Shown here piece after piece: positions 10,084 through 20,700 of a DNA stretch of 64,000 bases; positions within the stretch are counted from its first letter, which is position 1, and every line of letters starts with the position of its first letter. A program made the position numbers and the translations under genes. This stretch comes from Candidatus Hermodarchaeota archaeon. Lineage in GTDB: Archaea > Asgardarchaeota > Hermodarchaeia > Hermodarchaeales > Hermodarchaeaceae. The notes under the pieces are model-generated. The model did no database searches and was not told the origin of the DNA. It saw only the letters and a list, made by a program, of their open reading frames with translations. The stretch covers positions 1 to 64,000 of the forward strand of contig JAEOUH010000070.1 of NCBI GenBank assembly GCA_016839365.1, read 5' to 3'.

Positions 10084-10455
10084 CTACAATTCCTGAATTT
10101 GCTTCAGCTTTTGCTCATAAGTCTCGTACAAGTCTAATAATTGGCTGCCTAGCTCAGTTAGAGCAGTTCCACCTTTCCCATCGCGGTGTCCACGCTGTTT
10201 TTTCACGATTGGTGCACCAATCCGTTCTTCCACTTTTTGAAGGTACCCCCACGCAAACCTATAAGAAGGTGATTCCATCTCTCCCAGGGCATCCTTGGGC
10301 AGTGCCTTCAAGGCTTGACTGATGGAGCCTTTCTCAGCAATCCCCCTCAAGAGCAAAGCCCCACCTTTGCCGAGAATCAACTCCCCATTCAGTTCAAACC
10401 ACAGTTTCACCTTCACTTCTAACAAATCAAGGATTGGGTCCTGTTCACTCGACAT
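10084..10455 (-). CDS. ModE-family winged-helix regulator (N-terminal domain only)
   Basis: LLRGIAEKGSISQA...SYRFAWGYL...RG..GKGGTALT. Start is likely ATG 10455. Confidence 0.85.
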   Translation of the reverse strand: MSSEQDPILDLLEVKVKLWFELNGELILGKGGALLLRGIAEKGSISQALKALPKDALGEMESPSYRFAWGYLQKVEERIGAPIVKKQRGHRDGKGGTALTELGSQLLDLYETYEQKLKQIQEL

Positions 10456-10619
10456 TACAACCACCAAATAGTGTGTAAAGAATGCAGCTAATACTTCTTC
10501 TGTTTTGGTACGACCAGGTGTTTGATGCAATACTTCAAATACACACTAGCTTGTAATATGTTCTTGCCCGGAAGCTCTTGTAAGTGCCATTAAACTAGGT
10601 AATAGTTCATAGGGTTATC

Positions 10620-11375
10620 ATGGTGTCGTCACCGCAACTCGCTCGAATAGTCGTCAATTCCCTCAAAGCCATTCTCGGTGAAGAGTACACTATCCATAAT
10701 TTCGAACGACTTCCCAGTCGGCGAAATGAAGTGTACAAAATCCTTGGTTCCCTCCCTTCTCAATTCACATTCAATCCCCTAGTTGCAAAATATTATAAAC
10801 AGACTGGCATCGCACATGAAACCTCCATACTCCAAAAAGCCCACCAAAATAAGCTCCACGTTCCTGCCGTCATTGGCACTACTGCCAACGTCCTCGTGCT
10901 TGAATATATCAATGGACCCAACCTTTGCGACCTCATCACAATCAACCCAGACCGGCTTCTGGGTCAGCTGCTCGCCAGATGGCTTGCAAGCTTCCACACT
11001 GTTTTTAATCGTGGTGCTGACCAGGTTCTTACAAAGGGTGACGCACGAATCCGCAACTTCCTTGTTTTCCACGACTATCTCGTAGGCGTTGACTTTGAAG
11101 AAAGCCACATTGGATCCTACCACGAAGATCTCGCCATCGCCTGTGCATCGATCCTTGACACTATCCCCCTTTTTACTAAACCTAAATTTCAGCTGTGTAC
11201 AGTGTTCCTAGATGATTACGCTGCAATCCGCCAGATCACAAATCGGGAGGAATTGAAGGCAATAACAGGTACCAAAATGATTCAGGTTCTCAAAGAGACG
11301 GCCCTCCGTCGGGGAAACCCCCCCGAGTTACTCAACCATATCTCGCGATTTGAAAGTGGCGCTATTTCTTTGTAA
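10620..11375 (+). CDS. protein-kinase-like phosphotransferase (APH/RIO/Kdo-like)
   Basis: LVAKYY, LVLEYING, catalytic loop KGDARIRNF and VDFEES. Confidence 0.8.
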   Translation: MVSSPQLARIVVNSLKAILGEEYTIHNFERLPSRRNEVYKILGSLPSQFTFNPLVAKYYKQTGIAHETSILQKAHQNKLHVPAVIGTTANVLVLEYINGPNLCDLITINPDRLLGQLLARWLASFHTVFNRGADQVLTKGDARIRNFLVFHDYLVGVDFEESHIGSYHEDLAIACASILDTIPLFTKPKFQLCTVFLDDYAAIRQITNREELKAITGTKMIQVLKETALRRGNPPELLNHISRFESGAISL

Positions 11376-11563
11376 CTTTGTATCTAGATTGAAGTGTAGT
11401 TTCTTAGTATTTTTTAGACAATTTCCGACTATTACGAAAAAATGTGGAAGCTGTCGACGATTTATTTCATAGGAAGCCAAAAGCCTTTAAGTCGGCTTAA
11501 AGGAACGGAGACAACTCCATTATGGAGTTGCAACAATACAAACTTTAGGAGGCAGTATGAGTT

Positions 11564-11908
11564 ATGGCAGATGATTCAACCGCCCGAACCCTCGTAACCG
11601 TTGGCGCCTGGCTTCAGCTTATCTTCTGGTTAGTCGGAATTGGAATGATCGTTTTTACCTTCCTTTTGTTCCTTCCCTTCTGGGATCCAATGATAATGAT
11701 GTTCTTTCTGTTTGCAACACTGTTCTACATCTTGATTACCATCTTCGGCATCATCTTCATGTTCCTTTGGTTCAGCTGGCGCAAAGATCCAAGTGCACAC
11801 AAGACCGGTCTCATCGTCACCGGTGTCCTCGGGCTCTTCTTAGCTGGATTCCTTCCAGGGCTACTCGTTTTGATTGGCGGCATTGTTGCCCCATCCGAGT
11901 CCGCTTAA
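11564..11908 (+). CDS. small multi-pass membrane protein
   Basis: SD AGGAGG upstream; 3-4 TM segments; C-terminal PGLLVLIGGI. Confidence 0.75.
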   Translation: MADDSTARTLVTVGAWLQLIFWLVGIGMIVFTFLLFLPFWDPMIMMFFLFATLFYILITIFGIIFMFLWFSWRKDPSAHKTGLIVTGVLGLFLAGFLPGLLVLIGGIVAPSESA

Positions 11909-11957
11909 ACGACCTAGGCTCTAGGCTTGCAGGTCGTTCCTCTTTTTCTTTTTTTTC
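11908..11957 (+). terminator. hairpin plus U-tract terminator
   Basis: AACGACCT...AGGTCGTT stem followed by a long T run right after the stop codon. Confidence 0.65.
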
Positions 11958-12097
11958 TGTAAGTGGAGCTAAGAGAAGGTTTCAACTACTATCCACAACG
12001 TAGCCTATCAGAATTCTTAGCTCGCCACAACCTTTATGGTCTATGGCTCGTGGAGTGATGTCAGAGAACGGTACTTCAGCCAAGTAGGAGGTCATTC

Positions 12098-13132
12098 TTG
12101 TTGGGAGTTAAGCTAGCGCCACTCATCACCCCCGAGATCCTAACACTAGAAGATTTACGTGGTCGTTCATTTGCAGTAGATGCCGCTAATCAATTGCATC
12201 AGTTCCTTGCCCTCATTCGTACTCCGGATGGAGTTCCCCTCAAAGACCGCAAAGGGCGAGTCACCTCTCATCTGGTTGGGCTCCTTTATCGCACAACACG
12301 ACTGATTACCGAATATGACCTAAAACTCATCTTTATCTTCGATGGAAAACCTCCTGATCTGAAAGCTAATGAAATTACTAAACGGCGTCAACAACGCAAT
12401 CGGGCTGAACAGGAATACAAGGAAGCGGTTGCAAAAGGTGACATGAAAACAGCCTGGTCAAAAGCCGTGGGCACAGGTCGTCTTACACAGGAGATGGCCC
12501 AAGAGGCACAACAGGTTCTAACCTTCCTTGGTATACCCTTTATACAAGCTCCTGGTGAGGGTGAAGCGCAAGCCGCATATATGGTCCAACGTGGTGAAGT
12601 GTGGGCTACAGCCAGCCGGGATTTTGACACGCTGCTTTTTGGAGCACCCCGGTTACTTCGATATTTGACACTCACAGGTCGGAAACGCCTCCCTAGTAAA
12701 GGTACAAGTGTCCCACTTCAACCCGAGCTCATTGACCTCCATAGAGTACTAGCTGAAAATGGCATCAACCGCGAGCAGCTTGTTGATGTCGCCTTACTCA
12801 TCGGCACCGATTTCAATAAGGGTGTTCCCCAGGTTGGTCCCAAAACAGCCTTAAAACTAATCAAGGAAAACCAATGTCTCGAAAACCTACCTAGTATGAT
12901 CCTTGAACAACTCCCGCCAAATTATCATAAAATCCGTCGCCTCTTTTTAGACCACCCAATTACGGATGAATATGATATAACACCCCACTCTGTTAATCGC
13001 GAAGGTCTCATTGCCTATCTCTCTCATGAACGAGGATTCGCTGAAACGCGAGTGAATAATGTGGTGGACCGTCTCCTAAAAGCCAAGAAAGGGCAACGGC
13101 AACAGAGCCTTAATAGCTGGTCTAAAGGATAA
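12098..13132 (+). CDS. fen: flap endonuclease 1
   Basis: AVDAANQLHQF, FDGKPP, APGEGEAQAA, SRDFDTLLFG, GTDFN and C-terminal PIP box QQSLNSW. Confidence 0.97.
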   Translation: MLGVKLAPLITPEILTLEDLRGRSFAVDAANQLHQFLALIRTPDGVPLKDRKGRVTSHLVGLLYRTTRLITEYDLKLIFIFDGKPPDLKANEITKRRQQRNRAEQEYKEAVAKGDMKTAWSKAVGTGRLTQEMAQEAQQVLTFLGIPFIQAPGEGEAQAAYMVQRGEVWATASRDFDTLLFGAPRLLRYLTLTGRKRLPSKGTSVPLQPELIDLHRVLAENGINREQLVDVALLIGTDFNKGVPQVGPKTALKLIKENQCLENLPSMILEQLPPNYHKIRRLFLDHPITDEYDITPHSVNREGLIAYLSHERGFAETRVNNVVDRLLKAKKGQRQQSLNSWSKG

Positions 13133-13138
13133 CAATTC

Positions 13139-14758
13139 TTACGTTAACAAAATACTGGACCAAAACGAGGCAACCTCTTCACGCGTTTCATAATTCATAA
13201 GGCCATAATTTGCTAATTGTCGGGTTCCTCGTTGCACATTCTCTGCACTGAAAGGACGCTGAATCCAATTAACCCGTTCAGCAATCTCATCCAGTTGTTG
13301 CTGAAAACGGGGGTTCGATCGAATTTCGGTTCGCATGAGTTGAATCAATTGCTCACCAAAGACATCATCAGAATAACTTAATTGCAGATGAGCACCGATT
13401 TCCTTTCGGAGTGATAAGGGTGGAATCACCCCATACTGCCCTTCGGCATGCTCAATTTTTGCTGTGAAAACAGGAATAACAATTTGCATTAAGGGAAGAT
13501 ACCCTTGGAGGGTATCAGCTGGCGCACTAATCGCTTCAAATCGCCTGTGTTCTTGTTCCACTTTATTTTTCAATTGCTTAATCGTTTCTTTTAATTCTGC
13601 ATGGAGCTTGATGATTGCTTCACGAATCATATTGAGCTCCGAGAGCTTTGGTCCTTTAGTCGGTTCCGCTGGCGCTGGTTGAGAATAGACAAGAGAACCA
13701 GTGGGAAAAGGCGGGGAAATCTGATCAGATGAAGGACCGTTCCTGATTTGGTCACGACTCCAAGCAAAACGAGTGCGGGCATCACGCAGCTCTTCTGTTT
13801 TTTCATCCAAATCTGTAAGTGACTGCTGAATCGATATCTGGAAGACATTTGCGGTGTTCTCTAATTCTAATAGCCGCGTCTTCACATTGGCAATATGCCA
13901 TTCTACTTCTGTTGGTTTTGCTTTGATGGAACTCACAAGGCGACGGCACTGTTCTGTGGATAATCCAAGGGTGTTGGCTAGACGGCTAACAATTTGCGCT
14001 AGCTCACTTGAGATACGCTGTTTTTCTTTTTCCAGTTCCGCTGTAGGTTCATCAGCAAAAAAGGAGGTCTGAGGTTCACTTTCAATCGGAGTGGCTTCCC
14101 AACGCAAGGAGGCACCACGGGACAGTCGATCACGACTGGCATCTAGCAAACGGATATTCTCTTCAACAAATTCATCGATCAAACTCTCAGCCTGGCTCAA
14201 CTGAGCAAGATTCGCATCGAGTTGAGCACGCTCATTCCGAAACAGAATCCCTACATCATGAATTTCTTTTGTAGATAATCGAGATGGTAAAACCTCTTCA
14301 TCACCTGGTGGAGGAATAGCAGAATCAACCAATACACGGAGAGTATCTATCATTGTTGGTAGCATAGCATTCCGGATAACAACTAGTTCCGAAGGAGGTT
14401 TTTCGAAACCTTCAATAAATTCACCCAATAATTTGGGGACCAACTCGATCTTCTCAATATTACGGAGTTCCGCACGCATCTGAACAAGCGAAGGAATTGA
14501 TGAATGACGCACTGAAATTGTCGGTTCGCCAACACCGCTGATAATCAAACTTCGACCCGGTAGAGCATGAACAAGATAGAAGGGTAAATAGACTTTCGAA
14601 AAATAAGAGAAAGACACTGGTTCCCGAATCTGTTTCTGTAAAAATAAAAGAGCCGAGGCTAGGTCAGCCTCAGGAGTTGATGAAAAACCATCTTTCATAG
14701 CGTCAGGAGGACCTTGGATGAATGCTGCAACCTTTGTAATTGCCATGTAACCACTCAA
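13139..14758 (-). CDS. hypothetical protein with central coiled coil
   Basis: 539-aa ORF with a heptad-rich middle region. Confidence 0.75.
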   Translation of the reverse strand: MSGYMAITKVAAFIQGPPDAMKDGFSSTPEADLASALLFLQKQIREPVSFSYFSKVYLPFYLVHALPGRSLIISGVGEPTISVRHSSIPSLVQMRAELRNIEKIELVPKLLGEFIEGFEKPPSELVVIRNAMLPTMIDTLRVLVDSAIPPPGDEEVLPSRLSTKEIHDVGILFRNERAQLDANLAQLSQAESLIDEFVEENIRLLDASRDRLSRGASLRWEATPIESEPQTSFFADEPTAELEKEKQRISSELAQIVSRLANTLGLSTEQCRRLVSSIKAKPTEVEWHIANVKTRLLELENTANVFQISIQQSLTDLDEKTEELRDARTRFAWSRDQIRNGPSSDQISPPFPTGSLVYSQPAPAEPTKGPKLSELNMIREAIIKLHAELKETIKQLKNKVEQEHRRFEAISAPADTLQGYLPLMQIVIPVFTAKIEHAEGQYGVIPPLSLRKEIGAHLQLSYSDDVFGEQLIQLMRTEIRSNPRFQQQLDEIAERVNWIQRPFSAENVQRGTRQLANYGLMNYETREEVASFWSSILLT

Positions 14759-14874
14759 CCCGCGAAGATGATGTTCACGCCGCTAACTTGAACCAACGAA
14801 GGGGCGAAGTATAATCTTTTTGGCTAAGGTATTCCCCATGGGTAGGTTAACTAGTCTTTCGGAAATGAATCTCC

Positions 14875-16254
14875 ATGACCCAAAATATAATTGTAATAGG
14901 ATGTGGCACCGCCGGTGCGGCCGCAACCCTCCAGGCTCGCAAGATTAGTCGAGATGCCACTATCACCATCATCCAGGATGAATCTCTTCCTGAATACAGT
15001 CGATGTGGACTACCCTATACAGTCAATCGTGTAATTCCCCGAATCGAGGACATCATCATTCATCCTGAATCCTTCTATACCGGTAATCTGGTACGGGCTG
15101 ACTTACGGCTGAACACCAAGGCTCTAGCGGTCGACCCGAAGAAGAAAACTGTGACTATCAAGACCCCTGAAGGGGAGACTGACTCACTTTCATATGATGC
15201 TTTAATCTTTGCCACAGGGGCACGACCCAGCACACCCCCTATTGATGGTTTGGATGCACCCCATGTAAACCGTCTTCACACCTTAGAGGATGCTAAACAG
15301 CTTCAGACTGTGGCTAAGAAAGCGAAAACAGCTGCAATTATTGGTGCAGGGCTCGTGGGACTCGAAACGGCAGAAGCACTTCACTCCTTAGGTCTTAGGA
15401 TCACAGTAATCGAATTCTTACCCCAGGTACTACCAGCCATGGTTGATGACGATATGGGAGTTTTAATCCAAAAACAAATGGAAGCCAAAGGACTCACCGT
15501 CAAACTAAGTACTACAGCAAAACAAGTCACCAAAACCCATGTGGTTGTGGCTGATCGTGAAACGAACACCGAAGAAGAAATCCGTGCAGATCTTGTTGTA
15601 GTAGCCACAGGCGTCCGTGCAAATACAAGCTTAGCGAAAGATGCAGGGATTACACTTGGTGAACGCGGAGGGATTCGTATAGATAACCGGATGGCAACCA
15701 ATTATTCGAATATCTATGCAGCTGGTGATTGCGCAGAACATGACGATTTAGTAACCGGTCAGAGTATCGTCTCAGGACTTGGAAGTATTGCCCTGCGACA
15801 AGGCGAAGTTGCTGGTATCAATGCCGCTGGGGGATCGGCGGAATTACAAGGAGTGTTATTAGCTCGAACAACTCATCTTTTTGGTCTCGAAATCGCAGGA
15901 GTGGGACCTACGCGTGTCGTAGCCGAAAAGGCCAATCTTCCAGTTCTTGCTGGTAAATTTAAGGGCAGCCGAACCGCTGAATATTATCCAAGTGAAGAGG
16001 ATGTTACAGTGAAGCTTTTGGCAAATAAGGATACTGGACTCTTACTCGGAGGACAAGTCATTGGTCCCTGTGCCCACCAACGAGTAAATGTGCTCTGCGC
16101 CGCTATATCAGCGAAAATGACGGTACGAGATGTGGCTGACCTAGAAACCTGTTATGCTCCTCCTGTAGCCCCAATCCGTGAACCATTTACCCTAGCAGCC
16201 CAAATCCTGGCACTACGGTATGAACGCATGCAGGAAAAGAAGCAAAAAGGTTAG
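14875..16254 (+). CDS. CoA-disulfide reductase / NADH oxidase family flavoprotein
   Basis: GCGTAG, active-site YSRCGLPY, ATGA, GAGLVGLE, IYAAGDC and C-terminal CYAPP. Confidence 0.92.
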   Translation: MTQNIIVIGCGTAGAAATLQARKISRDATITIIQDESLPEYSRCGLPYTVNRVIPRIEDIIIHPESFYTGNLVRADLRLNTKALAVDPKKKTVTIKTPEGETDSLSYDALIFATGARPSTPPIDGLDAPHVNRLHTLEDAKQLQTVAKKAKTAAIIGAGLVGLETAEALHSLGLRITVIEFLPQVLPAMVDDDMGVLIQKQMEAKGLTVKLSTTAKQVTKTHVVVADRETNTEEEIRADLVVVATGVRANTSLAKDAGITLGERGGIRIDNRMATNYSNIYAAGDCAEHDDLVTGQSIVSGLGSIALRQGEVAGINAAGGSAELQGVLLARTTHLFGLEIAGVGPTRVVAEKANLPVLAGKFKGSRTAEYYPSEEDVTVKLLANKDTGLLLGGQVIGPCAHQRVNVLCAAISAKMTVRDVADLETCYAPPVAPIREPFTLAAQILALRYERMQEKKQKG

Positions 16255-16266
16255 CAGGAACTTTGC

Positions 16267-16716
16267 CTAGTCCGCTTGCTTGAGCTTCTCAATGGCCAAG
16301 ACTACGCCTTGGATGATTGCTTCTGGTTTTGGTGGACAGCCCGGAACATACACATCAACTGGGATCACCGTATCAACCCCACCAACAATTGTGTGAGTTT
16401 CTTTGATTTCTGCTCCTTTCCCATCAACATAGATGCCACCAGTACAGGCGCATGTTCCCAATGCCACCACGGCCTTTGGGGCGAGCATTTGGTCATATAT
16501 TCGCTTGATAAACACCTTCGAATGCTTTGACAATCAACCATTCGTGATGAGAATATCTGCATGGCGAGGATTCTGCTTCCATAGTACACCTAATCGTTCC
16601 ACGTCGAATCGAGGTGTCAACACATCTAGTACCTCGATATCACAATTGTTACACCCACCAGCATGGAGTACTGCAATCCAAGGGGATTTCCCACGAGCCC
16701 AACGCATCACACTCAT
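16267..16716 (-). CDS. group-4 hydrogenase small subunit (NuoB/EchC/HycG-like) with one in-frame TGA at 16536-16534
   Basis: The two ORF-track pieces share a frame: GGCNNCDIE...PRHADILITNG*LSK...LGTCACTGG...PGCPPKPE. All four Cys ligands are present across the stop. Confidence 0.88.
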
Positions 16717-16728
16717 TTCTATCCCACC

Positions 16729-17313
16729 TTACAACTTCAATTCCATAAGCTCTCGTGTAGACATTGATCCCCTTAACACAAAGTACCGATATCCAAGAAT
16801 CAAGAGAACAAGAACGAGTATTCCCGCTGTCAACATCAACACACCTTCGATGACGATGTCGAATCCGGGTGTAAGTAAATGTAGAGAATAGACCAGTAGT
16901 GATAAACTGGCAACGGTTTTACGTATATCCGTCTTCACCACTAGTCCAAAGATGCCGATTAGTATTAGGGACCATTCAATCCCAGCCACTCCCAAAACGA
17001 ATAGTGAGACAACATAACTGATGATAATTAGGACAACGAGTACAACGCTCGAAAGTATGCCCTGAAGTAATGGGGGCTCTTCGGTTGGCTTGGTGTACAC
17101 AGTTATAATGAACAGGGCTAATGGTAGGAGAACGATGGAGTACACTGCTAAGGGAAGTATTTCGATGTAAACTCCATCGAGAAGAGCGCCCACAGTGAAG
17201 AGGCCACCGAGGATTCCTAGAAGCACTGTGATGAAGCGGAAATCATCAATCTCGATAATCGCGACCGCAATGATAAGAATAACAAGACCAATAATTGTGT
17301 TCACGACTCCCAC
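16729..17313 (-). CDS. hydrogenase membrane subunit (HyfE/NuoJK-like, tentative)
   Basis: Very hydrophobic (~7 TM) and inside the operon. Confidence 0.7.
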   Translation of the reverse strand: MGVVNTIIGLVILIIAVAIIEIDDFRFITVLLGILGGLFTVGALLDGVYIEILPLAVYSIVLLPLALFIITVYTKPTEEPPLLQGILSSVVLVVLIIISYVVSLFVLGVAGIEWSLILIGIFGLVVKTDIRKTVASLSLLVYSLHLLTPGFDIVIEGVLMLTAGILVLVLLILGYRYFVLRGSMSTRELMELKL

Positions 17314-17867
17314 CTCCGGGCATAGTATTTCTGCGTGTGGGTATTCAACTCATAACTCAGTTTTCTCCGGCATTCACCACAAAGGGTCTCATACTTGGGA
17401 AGATCTCTAACCACTTCTTCCTTAACTGTTGCATCAACATTGGTCATAATTCGTTCCTTGATTTTATCCAAGTGTTTACGTGTGGAGATTACATCTCCAC
17501 ATTGGGAACATCGAACCAATTTGAATACAATCGTCACTTCTGCATTTTTCTTATCCGTTGTCGCTAGTTCAAACTGCTCAGTTAAGCTAATCCCATCTTC
17601 GGGGCAGATATCCTCACAACGACCGCAAAACACACAACGTGGGTAAAAGATACTTAGTGTCCGTGTATCGCCCTCATCTTTCATCGAAATCGCATTCGCC
17701 GAACAACAGACCACACACGCTCCGCATCCGATGCAGTTTTCATCACTGAATTGGGGCAACCCTCGAAGCCCTGGAGGCACGTGGCTGGGGGGACCATGGG
17801 GGTATTTGGTGGTGGCTGGTTTAAATAACGCCTTCAAAGCTTCTTTTATCGCTGTGATTTTAACCAT
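17301..17867 (-). CDS. hydrogenase 2x[4Fe-4S] subunit (NuoI/HycF-like)
   Basis: TTKYP, RG.P, CIGCGAC..CC, CVFCGRCEDICP, plus an extra CxxC...CxxC. Confidence 0.92.
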   Translation of the reverse strand: MVKITAIKEALKALFKPATTKYPHGPPSHVPPGLRGLPQFSDENCIGCGACVVCCSANAISMKDEGDTRTLSIFYPRCVFCGRCEDICPEDGISLTEQFELATTDKKNAEVTIVFKLVRCSQCGDVISTRKHLDKIKERIMTNVDATVKEEVVRDLPKYETLCGECRRKLSYELNTHTQKYYARRWES

Positions 17868-17868
17868 T

Positions 17869-18849
17869 TTAAAATCCCACCAACACGCGAATTAGGGAGA
17901 AGAGGGCAAAGGCCAAGCACACGGTTAGGAACCATTTGAACACGTGACTTATTCGGTACCGTGCGCTGGCGACATGGACAATCGTCATAAGAATAACGAT
18001 GACTAAGCACTTCGCTAGAAAGATGAGAAGGTCAAAGGGGAAGACGAAGCCAACACCTCCACCCAGATACAGGTCGACAAACAGAGCAGTAAAGACATAG
18101 AACCGAAACAGCCGTGCGAGTTCAAAGATGCCAAGGAGGGGTCCACCATACTCCGTTAATGATCCTGCAAAGATCTCCTGCTCGGCTTCAGGTATGTCCC
18201 CAAAGGGGCGCATCCATGATTTCGTTAGTAATGTCAAAAAAAGCGCTATGGCTGCAAGTGGATAACGGAATAGGAACCAGTTGGGCAGGATCCAAATGAA
18301 GGTGCCCTGTTGGGCTGAAATAACATCAGTGATGGACAACGAGAAGCTGAAACCTCCACGGGCAAGGGCTAGCGATGGAATGAGGAGGGCAATGGCTAGT
18401 GGAAGCTCCACACTCAGAATCATCACCACTTCGCGACTTGCCCCAATCTTCCCCCAGGTAGAGCCTGAGGCCCATCCAGCAATGACGAAGGCTAGTGAAA
18501 ACATGACTGAAAAATACAGAATGACGATAAGATCGAAGGCTAGGGGACCTGGCCAGAGTGGGGTTCCTGGAGGTATCATGAAACTCAGAATGAGGATAGC
18601 GCTCAATGCAAGTAGTGGCGAAAGGATGTAAAGGAATTTGTTCGATAGGGCTGGGGTAAACCGTTCCTTCCCGAAGAGCTTGATGATGTCTGCAATGGGC
18701 TGATATGCGGGGGGGCCTCTTCGGGCTTGCAACCGTGCAGACAGTTTTCTGAACACCCATGATGCCCCCCAGCTGAAGAAAAACGCTAGTCCAATCACCG
18801 CGAAATAGAGGGCAATAATGAACAGATAATCAAATACTGTCTGCATCAT
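17869..18849 (-). CDS. hydrogenase membrane subunit (NuoH/HycD/MbhM-like)
   Basis: RKLSARLQARRGPP..QPIADIIKLFGKE, GASRE, PFGDIPEAEQE, EYGG. ATGA overlap with the upstream gene at 18849. Confidence 0.92.
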   Translation of the reverse strand: MMQTVFDYLFIIALYFAVIGLAFFFSWGASWVFRKLSARLQARRGPPAYQPIADIIKLFGKERFTPALSNKFLYILSPLLALSAILILSFMIPPGTPLWPGPLAFDLIVILYFSVMFSLAFVIAGWASGSTWGKIGASREVVMILSVELPLAIALLIPSLALARGGFSFSLSITDVISAQQGTFIWILPNWFLFRYPLAAIALFLTLLTKSWMRPFGDIPEAEQEIFAGSLTEYGGPLLGIFELARLFRFYVFTALFVDLYLGGGVGFVFPFDLLIFLAKCLVIVILMTIVHVASARYRISHVFKWFLTVCLAFALFSLIRVLVGF

Positions 18850-20693
18850 ATCCACCCCACGAAGAGCAACGAAAGGAGTAGTAAGGCAAAGAGGACAAAC
18901 CACACAATATAGAAGTTCACTAAACCTGTGTGTGTCCGTCTAAATCCATTCAGTAGTGGTTTAAAAGGATGTGAAAACACTGTGGAGGCAGGCCGGGCTT
19001 CATCGACCTTCAAATACGGGTCTTTGAGAGCACCTCCAGTAAAGGGCATGGTCTTTTCATCCGCTTTTATGGGCTGGGCGCCACCCTTGATTCTGTAAAG
19101 AACATATCCCACAATCAGACCGATGAAAAGTAAAGTGGCTAGTAAGAACAAATCCAGGGATACCCAGAATAATGGATTCATTGGGGGCGGGATGGCAGTG
19201 GGTAAGAGAACAACGGTAGCAGGGAAAATCAACAAGACTAAGGCGATTTGTGGAAGAAAGCCAAATAGGATGCAACCTGCCGCTAAAATCAGGGAGGGAA
19301 CCACCATGATTTTTGGTGCAGGATGTACTTTATCGTAGGTGCCTGGTGCCTGCCCAAGGAATACGGAGCATAACAACCGGAGAAAGACAGCGAAAGTCAA
19401 GGCGGATGTAAATATCGCTATTAACGCAAAGGCTGGTTGTCCAGCGGCGATGCAGGCGTTATAGATCATCCACTTGCTAGTAAAGCCGTTAAGGAGCGGA
19501 ACGCCGGCAATCGCTAGCGATCCAATGAGCATCACATATCCGGTGGTGGGCATCGCTTGAAGTAATCCGCCCAGTTTATTGATGTCACGGGTTCCCGTTT
19601 CGTGTTCAATTGCCCCAGCACTGAAGAAAAGGACTGATTTGAAGAGGCTGTGGTTCAGTAGGTGGAAGAGTCCGGCAGTGATACCACCAGCTGCCACGAC
19701 TAGCCACAGGGAATCAGCTGATAGGCTATAGTAGGTAATAGCCAACCCACCAATGCCTAATCCAAGGATTACATAACCCATCTGGCTCACGCTGTCAAAG
19801 GCGAGGAGTCGCTTCAAATCATCTTGAGCGAAGGCAATAATGACACAGACAAGCATCGTGAGAACACCCAAGCTGCAGATCACCACCCAGAAAGTTACAC
19901 TAATGAAAAATGAGTAGAACAAGAGGAGGATCAGGAACGCAGGCATACCTGCAACTTTAATCATCATCGCGTGGAGGAGGGTACTGATCGACGCTGGTGC
20001 TGCGGTGGAAGCATCAGGGAGCCAGGTGTGAATCGGGAAGGATGGCACCTTTACCAGAAATCCAAGGAAGATTAGAAATAGTGATAATTTGCCGATAAAT
20101 CCCGTTAGTATCCCCGAAGTGAGAAGAAACTCGATGCTAAAGACCCCGATTCCAGCATAACCAAACACCTGCGCTTCTTGGTATATCAGTCCAAGTCCAA
20201 CAATTACGAAGATGGAAGCAAAAAACTGAATGATTAGATATTTAATTCCACCTTCCAGGGAGGTGGTTTTGAAGTGATGTGCAATGAGGAAGGTCGAGGT
20301 AATGGTTGCCAGTTCAGCAAACACGAAGACCCAAAACAAGTTCCAACTGTATGCCATACCCACAAGGCTGCCCATGGTCAATAACACAAACACACTATAA
20401 GAGCTCTTACGGTGCTCAATATAGCGAATTGAGTACATAACAACTAGGAACCCGATGAAGGTGGCGATGAGTGCAATCAGGTTCGTGTATCCATTCACCG
20501 TGAAATCTAATCCCAAAATTCCAGGTAAACTAATCCAAGGTGGAAATAAGAGGAAATTCAGGATGACCGCAAGGAGCGCAAACCCAGTCGCTAGAATTGA
20601 AATGACATCATTTGCCCTCTTAACCCTCAGACCAATGAGTGTGAGAGCAGCAGCAAGGTATAAGACGATGATAATAATTGCGGGGTCAATCAT
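18846..20693 (-). CDS. ion-translocating antiporter-like subunit (MrpD/NuoL/HyfB-like)
   Basis: EGGIKY, VK.P.FPIHTWLPDA, KRLLAFDSVSQMGY, HLLNHSLFKS, GVPLLNGFTSKW. Confidence 0.92.
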   Translation of the reverse strand: MIDPAIIIIVLYLAAALTLIGLRVKRANDVISILATGFALLAVILNFLLFPPWISLPGILGLDFTVNGYTNLIALIATFIGFLVVMYSIRYIEHRKSSYSVFVLLTMGSLVGMAYSWNLFWVFVFAELATITSTFLIAHHFKTTSLEGGIKYLIIQFFASIFVIVGLGLIYQEAQVFGYAGIGVFSIEFLLTSGILTGFIGKLSLFLIFLGFLVKVPSFPIHTWLPDASTAAPASISTLLHAMMIKVAGMPAFLILLLFYSFFISVTFWVVICSLGVLTMLVCVIIAFAQDDLKRLLAFDSVSQMGYVILGLGIGGLAITYYSLSADSLWLVVAAGGITAGLFHLLNHSLFKSVLFFSAGAIEHETGTRDINKLGGLLQAMPTTGYVMLIGSLAIAGVPLLNGFTSKWMIYNACIAAGQPAFALIAIFTSALTFAVFLRLLCSVFLGQAPGTYDKVHPAPKIMVVPSLILAAGCILFGFLPQIALVLLIFPATVVLLPTAIPPPMNPLFWVSLDLFLLATLLFIGLIVGYVLYRIKGGAQPIKADEKTMPFTGGALKDPYLKVDEARPASTVFSHPFKPLLNGFRRTHTGLVNFYIVWFVLFALLLLSLLFVGWI

Positions 20694-20700
20694 TGTACAA

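Noticed and set aside
16100-16266. SECIS element downstream of the TGA-containing gene
   Set aside because: No AUGA...AA...GA hairpin visible by eye; only a weak hairpin and a T-rich tract overlapping the convergent gene.
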